Part shown: in pieces, positions 1 through 10,558 of the stretch | Layout: every line of letters begins with the position of its first letter | How positions within the stretch are numbered: the stretch's first letter is position 1 | Assembly (NCBI GenBank): GCA_037137755.1 | Contig: JBAXJR010000060.1 | Span: 1-11,879, forward strand | Source: Methanomicrobiales archaeon | GTDB lineage: Archaea > Halobacteriota > Methanomicrobia > Methanomicrobiales > Methanospirillaceae | Direction: 5' to 3' | DNA length: 11,879 nt | Made by a program: the position numbers and the translations under genes | The notes under the pieces: generated by a model | Told to the model about the DNA's origin: nothing | Seen by the model: the letters and a program-made list of their open reading frames with translations, nothing else | Databases searched by the model: none

Positions 1-775
1 ATGAGAACGGACAGAGCATCACGTCAGATGCGGTCTTGCCGGTTGCTGCGCCGTCAAGCATCAGGTTCTCGCTGCCGACGACGTTACCGCCATCATCGGT
101 TGCGGCGAAGGTAAGTGCGGTCTTGGCATCGAGGTTCGACTGACCGATAACCTTGTTGCCGGTGTTGAGGTTCTGGCTTGCTACGAGTGAGGTCAGCCCT
201 GTCTGTGCGACGATGTTCTTGTCGTACGAGGTGGTGTACTGGACCTGTCCTGTGTTCAGAATCCCTGTGTGAATGCCGGAGTCGAGAGTCGTTGCGATTA
301 TATTATGAGCGGCTGCATTAGCATCAAGCTCAGCCTTAAACATGCCCCATGTTACCGCTTCATCCAATCCATCATCACCATCTGCTCCATCCTTTAGATG
401 TACCCCGATCATTTGCACATTCAATAATGAATCGGGGATGGTTATCTGGGTAACGAGACCGCCATTAACCTTATAAGAACCTCCAGCGGCGACCAACTGA
501 GCCGCAGTTTCAGGGGGTAATAAAGGACCCATTCCTGCCGCTCCACTGTACTGATAAAATTTAGCTGGATTATCAGTCAGAGTCATTACACCTGTGTCAG
601 TTTCCATGACGAGTCCATCGATATTTGCAACGGTTGTGGTAACAATACCCTGTGTTTCAGGCACTGCCGGAACGACACGATCTGCATATACGCTACATGT
701 GCATACAAAAAGTATTACAAAAGCCAAAAGAGCCAATGCTCCCAAATTAAGAGTCTTGATTTTAACACCCACCAT
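1..775 (-). CDS. Secreted cell-envelope protein, probable Methanospirillum-type sheath protein (MspA/SH-like) paralogue; 5' part only, continues beyond the window edge
   Basis: Manual translation gives an open frame from ATG 775 (GGAGA RBS just upstream) for 258 codons to the edge: MVGVKIKTLNLGALALLAFVILFVCTCSVYA|DRVVPAVPETQGIVTTTVANIDGLVMETDT...GQVQYTTSYDKNIVAQTG...NTGNKVIGQSNLDAKTALTFAATDDGGNVVGSENLMLDG...MLCPFS. It has a Sec-type signal peptide (basic N-region, hydrophobic core, VYA cleavage site) and T/G/N/V-rich beta-like composition. The CDS is secure; the sheath-family assignment is from remembered motifs and is less certain (about 0.55). Confidence 0.85.
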   Translation of the reverse strand, partial: MVGVKIKTLNLGALALLAFVILFVCTCSVYADRVVPAVPETQGIVTTTVANIDGLVMETDTGVMTLTDNPAKFYQYSGAAGMGPLLPPETAAQLVAAGGSYKVNGGLVTQITIPDSLLNVQMIGVHLKDGADGDDGLDEAVTWGMFKAELDANAAAHNIIATTLDSGIHTGILNTGQVQYTTSYDKNIVAQTGLTSLVASQNLNTGNKVIGQSNLDAKTALTFAATDDGGNVVGSENLMLDGAATGKTASDVMLCPFS

Positions 776-895
776 CGTCTCCAGATCGAGGAATATGAAG
801 CAGTATTCATTCTAGTAACTCTGCTCACCTATTAAACCCATCCAGATAGGAGAAATTTTGGTTGTGAGGTTGATAAATTTGTGGTATTCGATTTC

Positions 896-946
896 CGATA
901 TAAGAATAGGATTGTTGCCCGGATTGTTATAGCAGCGATATAAGAA
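896..946 (-). promoter_or_regulatory. Direct-repeat / tandem TATA-like region upstream of the surface protein gene
   Basis: CGATATAAGAA occurs at 896-906 and 936-946 (minus strand TTCTTATATCG, containing TTATAT) and brackets GGATTGTT at 909-916 and 921-928. Confidence 0.35.
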
Positions 947-1099
947 AAATATTGACTAATCTGTTCAAATCCTTTACGGAGATCTTTAATATTCCAACAG
1001 GCGGAGATCAAGGAGAGTATTTTGGTAAAACCTTGTTGAATTAACCTTATTTTCTAAAACTACAATATGTCAAACTTAAGATAAGAGAATGATAGGAAT

Positions 1100-1372
1100 A
1101 TGAAACAAATAGGGCAAACCAAGATAGGAAAACAAACCGCACGAGCAGGTATCTCATACCCTCTTGTGAGACTTCCAAAGGGCAATAGCGACCTAGTGGG
1201 GTCCTCGGTGATACTATATGATAGCTCAAGTGATGGTCGTAAGTCTATCACCATTGTTTTCGAGGAAATTGTTGCACAACATGACATGCAGGATGTGAAA
1301 TTTACGAGAAACGAATCAATAATCAACCTTGAAAACAGAATTGAATACATTGAACAATCTATAAATCAGTAA
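1100..1372 (+). CDS. Small hypothetical protein (90 aa), possible AbrB-like N-terminus plus C-terminal coiled coil; possibly a truncated mobile-element gene at a tRNA att site
   Basis: ATG-started ORF in an AT-rich region. The YPLVRLPK motif resembles the swapped-hairpin 'I.LP' pattern, and the tail LENRIEYIEQSI is heptad-like. It converges on the tRNA-Val 3' end, and its frame continues past two stops into the tRNA antisense. Confidence 0.65.
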   Translation: MKQIGQTKIGKQTARAGISYPLVRLPKGNSDLVGSSVILYDSSSDGRKSITIVFEEIVAQHDMQDVKFTRNESIINLENRIEYIEQSINQ

Positions 1373-1407
1373 TCTACTGCTGAATAGCCAGATTCGGCAA
1401 TTGAAAA

Positions 1408-1481
1408 TGGGCTCGAGGAGATTCGAACTCCTGACCTCCGCCATGTCAAGGCGACGTCATAGCCAGCTAGACCACGAGCCC
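1408..1481 (-). tRNA. tRNA-Val (GAC)
   Basis: Reverse complement GGGCTCGTGGTCTAGCTGGCTATGACGTCGCCTTGACATGGCGGAGGTCAGGAGTTCGAATCTCCTCGAGCCCA. Acceptor stem GGGCTCG/CGAGCCC, anticodon loop TT-GAC-AT, T loop TTCGAAT, discriminator A. No intron and no encoded CCA; followed by TTTT. Confidence 0.97.
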
Positions 1482-1642
1482 TCAAAAATGGGCAAATGCT
1501 TCTTTAATTTGGATCATCCTAATATTAAAAAATTGGCTTTTATCGTGCGGTCAATCCTTTTTCCGGTAGAACCGAAGTATCCCGGAGACGACGTAATTTG
1601 CTGAAAAATTCGTGTATTATTGGTTGTTTATGAAAAATAATA

Positions 1643-3244
1643 TTAGATCCAGTTATCTGACAATTTCGCAAAGCGGGCAGTAAAAATCCCGACCTTCGCA
1701 CGGAACTCATCCATGATCTCAGGAGGTACCTCGCTGTCCACGTTCAACACCATGATCGCCTCCTGGCCCGGGTTGATACGCCCCACCTGCATACCGGCAA
1801 TATTGATATTCGCCTGACCAAGTATCGTTGAGGCCCTTCCAATGACACCGGGCTTGTCAAGGTGACGCGATACGATAACATATCCTTCCGGGATCATATC
1901 CATGGTATAGCCCCCAATCGCCACGATCCTGCTCCGGCCCTTGAAGAAGACGGTCCCGCTGACCGATTCCTCGCCCTTATCGGTATGGACCCTGATAGTA
2001 ATCAGGTTTTTAAAACCCTGTGCATCCGCGGTGATAGTCTCGCTTACCTTGATACCACGTTCGCTTGCAATATACTCGGCATTGACCATGTTGACCGGTA
2101 CCTGGAGGATCGGGTCAAGCAGTCCCTTAAGGGCCACCCTCGTGATGAATTTTGTATTATAGGTACATTGCGAGAGCTCTCCACCGTAGATGATCTCCAC
2201 CTTTTCGAGTCTTCCTTCAACAAGCTGGATTAAGAACCTGCCAATTTTCTCGGCTAGGCGGGCAAACGGTTCAACAACATCCTGCTGGTCTGCAGGTACA
2301 AGAGGGGCATTGACCACGTACTTTGCAGAGCCTCCTTCAAGGACTGAAATGCATTGCTTTGCAATTGAGACTGCAACGTTTGTTTGTGCTTCAACCGTGC
2401 TCGCCCCAAGGTGTGGCGTCACAATTACCTGTTCGAGTTCAAGGAGGGGTGATTGAAGGGGGGGCTCCTCTTCAAACACATCAAGCGCTGCACCTGCGAC
2501 CTTCCCGGACTTGATCGCGTCATACAGTGCTTTTTCATCGATAATGCCACCACGGGCACAATTGATGATCCGGACTCCGTTCTTCATGGTGGCGATGCTC
2601 TTCGCATTGATCAGGTGTTTTGTCTCTTTTATCAGGGGGGTATGGACGGTGATCACATCGGATACTTTGAACAGTTCTTCAACCGACATCGAGTCTACAC
2701 CAAACTGGGCAGCTTTCTCCTTGCCGATGAAGGGGTCATACCCTACAATATGCATGCCAAGCGCCGTTGCCCTTTTTGAGACTTCACGCCCGATCCTTCC
2801 CAGGCCCAGGATCCCAAGGGTTTTTTCATTCAGTTCGACCCCCATGAACCTGGATCGCTTCCATTCCTTCCTTTTCAGCGACGCGGTCGCCTGGGGAATA
2901 TTCCTCGCGAGTGAAAGCATCATGGCCATGGTGTGTTCGGTTGCTGCCAGCGTATTGCCTTCAGGGGCATTTGCAACGATAATTCCCTTCCGGGTAGCAG
3001 CATCCATATCGATATTGTCGACCCCGGCTCCTGCACGCCCGATAAACCGTAAGTTTTTCCCGGCTTCGATGACCTTAGCGGTGACCTCAGTCCCGCTTCG
3101 CACGAGAAGGGCATCGTAATTCCCGATAATTGAAATCAGCTGATCTTCTTTCAGATCGGTCTTTTCATCCACCTCAAATTGTGTTCTGAGTATGGCGAGA
3201 CCTTCTTCTGCAAGTGGATCGCTGACAAGTACTTTATAGCTCAA
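1643..3244 (-). CDS. serA: D-3-phosphoglycerate dehydrogenase (long type with ASB and ACT domains)
   Basis: 533 aa, TTG start. Motifs GRAGAGVDNID, NAD-binding GLGRIG, INCARGGI, AALDVFEEEP, TPHLGAST, and C-terminal ACT motif HLDKPGVIG...NIAGMQVGR. Confidence 0.97.
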   Translation of the reverse strand: MSYKVLVSDPLAEEGLAILRTQFEVDEKTDLKEDQLISIIGNYDALLVRSGTEVTAKVIEAGKNLRFIGRAGAGVDNIDMDAATRKGIIVANAPEGNTLAATEHTMAMMLSLARNIPQATASLKRKEWKRSRFMGVELNEKTLGILGLGRIGREVSKRATALGMHIVGYDPFIGKEKAAQFGVDSMSVEELFKVSDVITVHTPLIKETKHLINAKSIATMKNGVRIINCARGGIIDEKALYDAIKSGKVAGAALDVFEEEPPLQSPLLELEQVIVTPHLGASTVEAQTNVAVSIAKQCISVLEGGSAKYVVNAPLVPADQQDVVEPFARLAEKIGRFLIQLVEGRLEKVEIIYGGELSQCTYNTKFITRVALKGLLDPILQVPVNMVNAEYIASERGIKVSETITADAQGFKNLITIRVHTDKGEESVSGTVFFKGRSRIVAIGGYTMDMIPEGYVIVSRHLDKPGVIGRASTILGQANINIAGMQVGRINPGQEAIMVLNVDSEVPPEIMDEFRAKVGIFTARFAKLSDNWI

Positions 3245-3392
3245 TTTTTAAAACCCATAACATATCAGCACCGTACTATTCAATGGTTTTCAAAATAGGA
3301 GCGCCGCAACACAAATATAATTCAAAAAATCCCGGTAATTCAGGATGCACAATTATTTACTGGAGAAACAACGAGACTATAGTGGTGCGTGC
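3245..3392. promoter_or_regulatory. Divergent serA/ppsA promoter region
   Basis: AT-rich 148-bp spacer between head-to-head genes, with TATA-like AAATATAA (about 3313-3320) and TTATTTA (about 3353-3359) and a GGTG RBS at 3384-3387. Exact promoter elements are not determined. Confidence 0.5.
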
Positions 3393-5661
<2,269 letters not shown>

Positions 5662-5669
<8 letters not shown>

Positions 5670-6762
5670 AATCGGGCGGACTGAAGAGGAGATTTTTTCT
5701 TATCTTTCTTTAAAGCGGGGAGAGGACACAACGTACGCTCATATCCTGAGTTCCATGTGTACAGTCCCTCACCCGGTCGCGGTGAAGGCCCATAACCTTT
5801 TCATGGAGACGAATCTCGGAGACCCCGGTCTTTTCAAAGGTACCGCAGATATTGAACAGGCCCTGATCTCAAGACTGGGCGCATTATTTCATGCAGAGGA
5901 AGCCTGTGGCTATGCCACGTCGGGCGGGACTGAGTCCAATATCCAGGCGCTAAGGATGGCAAAGGCCTGTCATAAAAAGCACAGGCCTAATGTAGTCCTC
6001 CCGGAGTCGGTGCATTTCTCGTTTCGGAAGGCCTGTGACATGCTCGGTCTTGATATGCATACAGTCCCCCTTGATGCAGAGTACCGTATGGACGCGGGCG
6101 CTGCAGAGAAGGCAATCGATGATAATACCTGTTGCATCGTCGGGGTGGCAGGAACAACAGAATACGGCATGATTGACCCAATACCCGAACTCGGTGAGAT
6201 TGCTGGGGATCATGACCTCTTTTTCCATGTCGACGCAGCATTCGGGGGCCTTGTTATTCCCTTTCTCGAACACCCCAAACCGTTTGATTTCCTTGTGCCC
6301 GGCGTCAGCAGCCTTGCAGTCGACCCGCACAAAATGGGAATGAGCACAATCCCCGCCGGCTGCCTTCTTGTACGCGAAAAGGAGATGCTCTGCGCATTAT
6401 CGATCGATACCCCCTACCTGTCTGTTAAACAGGAGTTTACCCTCGGGGGTACACGCCCGGGCGGCCCGGTGGCTGGTGCACTGGCAGTGCTCGACTACCT
6501 TGGTATGGATGGTATGGAGGCAATTGTGCAGGGATGTATGAACAATACCTGGCGGTTAATTGAGGGAATGGAAACGTTCGGGTTTACCCGTGCCATTACC
6601 CCCGATGTCAATGTCGCTACATTTTACGCCCCAAAAAAAGTGCCGTACCCGTGGAGGGTATCCTGCACGCGGAAAGGACACCTCCGGATTGTGTGTATGC
6701 CACATGTCCACCGGGACATTATTGAAAAATTCATCAGAGATATCGGTGAACACCATGCTTGA
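5662..6762 (+). CDS. mfnA: PLP-dependent L-tyrosine/L-aspartate decarboxylase (methanofuran tyramine moiety; beta-alanine for CoA)
   Basis: Motifs [41 protein letters not shown] lysine [18 protein letters not shown] 5662 overlaps the ppsA stop (ATGCATAA); 366 aa. Confidence 0.93.
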
Positions 6763-7303
6763 ACGTCTTGTAAAATCTTTGGAAACGTGCCCGATTGTTA
6801 AACGGGGAGAATATAATTATTTCATCCACCCTATAACGGATGGCGTGCCGATTGTAGATCCTGCCCTTCTGAGGGAAGTTGGTGCTGCGATGCTGAAAGC
6901 ACTGGACCTGAACGGCGTGACGAAAATTGTCGTTGCCGAGGCGATGGGAATCCATATCGGAACGGTCCTCTCCCTTATGACGGATATCCCCCTGAATATT
7001 GTCAGGAAGCGAGAATATAAGCTGCCGGGTGAAGTCGCTGTCCACCAGGCCACCGGTTATTCAAAAGGGGAGCTGTACCTGAATGGTATTAGTAAGGGGG
7101 ACCGTGTTGTCATCATTGACGATGTCGTCAGCACAGGGGGGACCGTTAAAGCACTTTTAAAAGCACTTGAGATTGCAGGGGCCGAGGTCACGGACATCTG
7201 TTTTGCAATCCAGCGTGGGGAGCCTGAGCTCAACCGCCCATACAAGACACTTGTCCGGATTGAAGTGACAGACCGGGTGCGCGTGGTTGATCGATACTTC
7301 TGA
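6755..7303 (+). CDS. hpt: Archaeal hypoxanthine/guanine phosphoribosyltransferase (Hpt, APRT-like PRTase)
   Basis: [25 protein letters not shown] and PRPP-binding [13 protein letters not shown]. True start is likely ATG 6755 with GGTGA RBS at 6745-6749, overlapping the mfnA stop; 182 aa. Confidence 0.92.
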   Translation: MLERLVKSLETCPIVKRGEYNYFIHPITDGVPIVDPALLREVGAAMLKALDLNGVTKIVVAEAMGIHIGTVLSLMTDIPLNIVRKREYKLPGEVAVHQATGYSKGELYLNGISKGDRVVIIDDVVSTGGTVKALLKALEIAGAEVTDICFAIQRGEPELNRPYKTLVRIEVTDRVRVVDRYF

Positions 7304-8228
7304 ACTCGTCCGGAAATTAAGCGTTTCGGGGGCAACAAGGATTGCCCTCCAGTTTCCTGAGGGGCTTAAACGGAATGCCCCGGGGGTTGCTTCAGCGTTA
7401 AGGGATGCCGGGTTTTTTGTTGTAATCAGCGGGGATCCATGTTACGGTGCCTGTGACCTGTCGACCGGGCTTCTCGGAATGGTGGACCTGGTTGTCCACT
7501 TTGGCCATTCACCACTGGATGATACCCCGTGTATTATCTATGACCCCTACCGGATGGACTTTGATACCGATGTGCTCTCACTCGCTATTCCGCATCTTCT
7601 TTCAACAGATATCGGGCTTGTCACCACGGTTCAGCATACCCATATGGTCCCGGCAATTCTGGAATACATGGCATCACGCGGGATTATCTGCCATTCGGAG
7701 GATGGGGGGGCCCGTGCGCCAAACCCGGGACAAGTCCTCGGTTGCTCTTACAACGCTGCCAGGAAATGTAATAGTGAGGAGATCCTGTTTGTCGGGACCG
7801 GGCAGTTTCACCCGCTTGGTGTCCAGCTTGCAACCGGGGCCCGGGTTGTGGCCCTCGACCCCTACTGCCGGACCGTTGAAGTTGTCAGTGCAGAGAGATT
7901 TCTCAGGCGCAGGTTTGGCCTGATAGAGATTGCAAAGAAAGCAGAAAATTTCGGCATCATAATGACACTGAAAAGTGGGCAGCAACGACGACAACTTGCT
8001 GAAAGCCTGGCACTAATGAGAAAAGATGCCTTTATCGTTGCGTTGCATGAAGTAACACCTGATGAACTCCTGAACCTCGGTTTTTCCTGTTACGTCAACA
8101 CCGCCTGTCCACGCCTTGCCTACGATGACCAGGAACGGTTCCCGGTACCGGTCATCAGCCCCGAGGAATTTGAGATCGTCTGTGGTACCAGGACCTTTGA
8201 AGATTACCAGATCGACGAGATCACCTGA
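7287..8228 (+). CDS. dph2: Diphthamide biosynthesis enzyme Dph2 (2-(3-amino-3-carboxypropyl)histidine synthase)
   Basis: [28 protein letters not shown] and NTACPR, including the three Fe-S ligand cysteine motifs. TTG start overlapping the hpt end, with GGGTG upstream. Confidence 0.95.
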   Translation: MIDTSELVRKLSVSGATRIALQFPEGLKRNAPGVASALRDAGFFVVISGDPCYGACDLSTGLLGMVDLVVHFGHSPLDDTPCIIYDPYRMDFDTDVLSLAIPHLLSTDIGLVTTVQHTHMVPAILEYMASRGIICHSEDGGARAPNPGQVLGCSYNAARKCNSEEILFVGTGQFHPLGVQLATGARVVALDPYCRTVEVVSAERFLRRRFGLIEIAKKAENFGIIMTLKSGQQRRQLAESLALMRKDAFIVALHEVTPDELLNLGFSCYVNTACPRLAYDDQERFPVPVISPEEFEIVCGTRTFEDYQIDEIT

Positions 8229-8229
8229 T

Positions 8230-8847
8230 ATGAAACTGCGCCAGCTTGAAATACTCCTCGAAAAAGTAGCCGGATTTTCATCACCCATGGCTCACCTGGA
8301 GCAGTATTCTACCCCTGCCCCGCTCGCGGCCAGGCTGTTGTTCCATGCGGCCCAGAACGGCGATATTACCGATAAAACCATTTGTGATCTCGGCTGCGGT
8401 ACAGGCATTCTCACCATTGGTGCGGCCCTTCTTGGTGCGGAACAGGTAACCGGAATTGACATCGATGAAAAAGCCCTTAGAATTGCACGCTTAAATGCGG
8501 AAAAATTCGCAGTAACGGCCATTTTTAACCAGGCGGAAATTACATCTTCAACGAACCTTCCCGGCAAATGGGATACGATTATTATGAACCCGCCTTTCGG
8601 GGCCCAGGTAGTGCATGCAGACAGGGTATTCATTGATTGTGCAATTAATGCGGGAAATGAGATTTACATGATTGCAAACACCGGCTCAATACCCTTTGTC
8701 AGGTCCTATGTAAAAGGCCGGGCCAGCATCCGGGAAATAACCGGGGCAGAGCTCCCAATCAGGCATAGTTTCCATTTTCACAGGAAAGAGGTCAGGAATA
8801 TCAGGGTCGAGATCATTCACATGAACAGGTGTTCATCACCACAATGA
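8230..8847 (+). CDS. METTL5-family (COG2263-like) SAM-dependent N6-adenine RNA methyltransferase
   Basis: LEQYSTP, motif I DLGCGTG, motif IV MNPPFG and C-terminal FHFH. ATG 8230 lies 1 nt after the dph2 stop; 205 aa. Confidence 0.9.
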   Translation: MKLRQLEILLEKVAGFSSPMAHLEQYSTPAPLAARLLFHAAQNGDITDKTICDLGCGTGILTIGAALLGAEQVTGIDIDEKALRIARLNAEKFAVTAIFNQAEITSSTNLPGKWDTIIMNPPFGAQVVHADRVFIDCAINAGNEIYMIANTGSIPFVRSYVKGRASIREITGAELPIRHSFHFHRKEVRNIRVEIIHMNRCSSPQ

Positions 8848-10013
8848 CAGAAAATTCCGGGGATTCAATCCCGATTTTGTGGCTTTCCGGGGCGCATGTC
8901 ATTACCGACCTCTACCTCCCGGTGGTAACCGCGATCATCCCCCTCCTGATCAGCACGTACGGGTTCTCATATTTTCTTGCAGGAATGCTCGTCACCATCT
9001 ACAACGTGACCTCATCAATGATGCAACCGGTTTTCGGCTGGATGTCAGACCAGTATGGAATTGTTATCCATATCTCGGTCTGCCTGCTGATATCGTCGGT
9101 ATTTATCTCGGCGATGGGTCTTTCAGGGGATATTTATCTCCTCCTGCTCTTTGCTGCGCTTGCAGCTCTCGGCCATGCGGCATTCCACCCGAATGCTTTT
9201 TCGATTGTCAACAGCCTGTGTACCCCGGAAAACCGCGGCAAAATTACTTCGTTGTTTGTTGTCGGTGGAAACATCGGGTACGCGGTCGGGCCACTCCTTG
9301 CCGCCGGAATAATCTTCTATTTTGGCCTTTCCGGGCTTCCATTGCTTGTAATACCTGCCCTGCTGATGGCGGTTGTTCTCTGGAGGTCGTTTCCGGCGAA
9401 GAATGGTATGACGGGCATACGCAGGAAAATTTCCGTTGATAAGGTCCCCCTGGCGACATATCGGCCAATTATTCCTTTATTTTCAGCCTCGGCCTTACGT
9501 GCCTGTGCCATTTTCTGCGCATTGGCTTTTTTCCCATCTTTTCTGATAAACCGCGGACTGGACCTGATATCCGCTGATATCCTGATATCCGTGATGCTTC
9601 TTGCAGGAGTTGCCGGTCAGCTCGCCGGGGGGCATCTTTCAGATATATTCGGACGGAAAGAATATGTCATTGCCGGGAGCATCCTGGCAATTCCCTCCTT
9701 TTACGGGTTTATCTTTACCAACGGGCTCATCTCAGTATGTTCACTTCTCGTATTCGGCTTTGCCTTATGGTCAGGGTTTGCCGTAACGGTGGCTATTGCG
9801 CATGAAATGATCCCGGGAAAGGTGGCATTCACGTCCGGTCTAATGCTTGGGCTCTCCCTCGGTATAGGGGGCCTCGGTGTCGCGTTTTTCGGTCTCCTTG
9901 CAGACCGGTATTCCCTGTCAGCTGCGCTCCAGTTGTTACCGTTCCTGATCATTATCGCTGGCGTGCTGATCTATCTCCTTCGATATCCCTGGAAATCCTG
10001 GCATGTTTCATAA
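8844..10013 (+). CDS. MFS transporter, Fsr (fosmidomycin resistance)-like
   Basis: About 12 hydrophobic segments. Motifs HVITDLY, QPVFGWMSDQYG, LGHAAFHP, RG...SLFVVGGNIGYAVGP, GGHLSDIFGRK. ATGA overlap with the methyltransferase stop; 389 aa. Confidence 0.9.
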   Translation: MTENSGDSIPILWLSGAHVITDLYLPVVTAIIPLLISTYGFSYFLAGMLVTIYNVTSSMMQPVFGWMSDQYGIVIHISVCLLISSVFISAMGLSGDIYLLLLFAALAALGHAAFHPNAFSIVNSLCTPENRGKITSLFVVGGNIGYAVGPLLAAGIIFYFGLSGLPLLVIPALLMAVVLWRSFPAKNGMTGIRRKISVDKVPLATYRPIIPLFSASALRACAIFCALAFFPSFLINRGLDLISADILISVMLLAGVAGQLAGGHLSDIFGRKEYVIAGSILAIPSFYGFIFTNGLISVCSLLVFGFALWSGFAVTVAIAHEMIPGKVAFTSGLMLGLSLGIGGLGVAFFGLLADRYSLSAALQLLPFLIIIAGVLIYLLRYPWKSWHVS

Positions 10014-10177
10014 CAATATTCTATTACTACCGGTGCCTGATAATTTTCTGTTCATTTATTCCTTGAAAATCAGGGATTTCCCCAGGTAAGGCGATTTGGA
10101 TTGATCAGTCTGAAATCTTTTCCCGGGCTTACATTTTTTTAAGATTAAAGACCATAGTGTATGGAGTTTGATACATA

Positions 10178-10357
10178 ATGGATAAAATGGGTATTGCAGC
10201 ATTACTATCCGGCCTGGTATTGATCGGGCTTGGTATCTACGGTATAGTCATATTCCTTCCGGAAGTCGTTTTCGTATTACAAGGTATTATAGGGATTATT
10301 GGTATCCTTATCGGTATTTTCCTCGCAATATTTGGTGTTTTACTGATTAAGGACTAA
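10178..10357 (+). CDS. Small two-helix membrane protein (59 aa), not in the ORF track
   Basis: MDKMGIAALLSGLVLIGLGIYGIVIFLPEVVFVLQGIIGIIGILIGIFLAIFGVLLIKD. GGAG upstream (10163-10166), TATA-like TTTTAAG near 10137-10143, and an oligo-T tract directly after the stop. Confidence 0.8.
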   Translation: MDKMGIAALLSGLVLIGLGIYGIVIFLPEVVFVLQGIIGIIGILIGIFLAIFGVLLIKD

Positions 10358-10392
10358 TTTTTTTCTCATTAAAAATACCTGAAGTTTTTTTT
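10358..10392 (+). terminator. Oligo-T archaeal terminator(s) after the 59-aa gene
   Basis: T-run immediately after TAA 10357 and a second T8 run at 10385-10392. Confidence 0.5.
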
Positions 10393-10417
10393 GGCATCCT
10401 TTTATTTCTATGATGGT

Positions 10418-10558
10418 TCAGATGAACCAGGATAGTACCATAGCAATAATTACGACAATAATAATCCATTTAAGGATTGTCCATGCTATTTTACCAAGAA
10501 AACCAAGGATAACAAATATTACGGCAATAATGAGAAGAAGGATCAACAGGTTCATCAT
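10418..10558 (-). CDS. Small membrane protein (46 aa), loosely DUF1328/UPF0391-like; not in the ORF track
   Basis: MMNLLILLLIIAVIFVILGFLGKIAWTILKWIIIVVIIAMVLSWFI. GGAG RBS upstream (about 10570-10573) and TTATATAG TATA box at about 10595-10603 on the minus strand. Confidence 0.75.
   Translation of the reverse strand: MMNLLILLLIIAVIFVILGFLGKIAWTILKWIIIVVIIAMVLSWFI

Noticed and set aside
594-815. 73-aa plus-strand ORF
   Set aside because: Antisense shadow of the signal-peptide-bearing minus-strand gene starting at 775.
1047-1350. Minus-strand ORFs of 60 and 96 aa
   Set aside because: They overlap the more protein-like plus-strand ORF 1100-1372 and show no recognisable motifs.
1401-1604. 67-aa ORF MKMGSRRFELLTSAMS...
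   Set aside because: Antisense translation of tRNA-Val, a classic spurious ORF. It is in a different frame from the 1100-1372 ORF.
6560-6754. N-terminal extension of hpt in the ORF track (likewise 3345 for ppsA, 5647 for mfnA, 8116 for the methyltransferase, 8829 for MFS)
   Set aside because: The extensions overlap upstream genes or the promoter region. Downstream ATGs have RBS or stop-start coupling and match the expected family N-termini.
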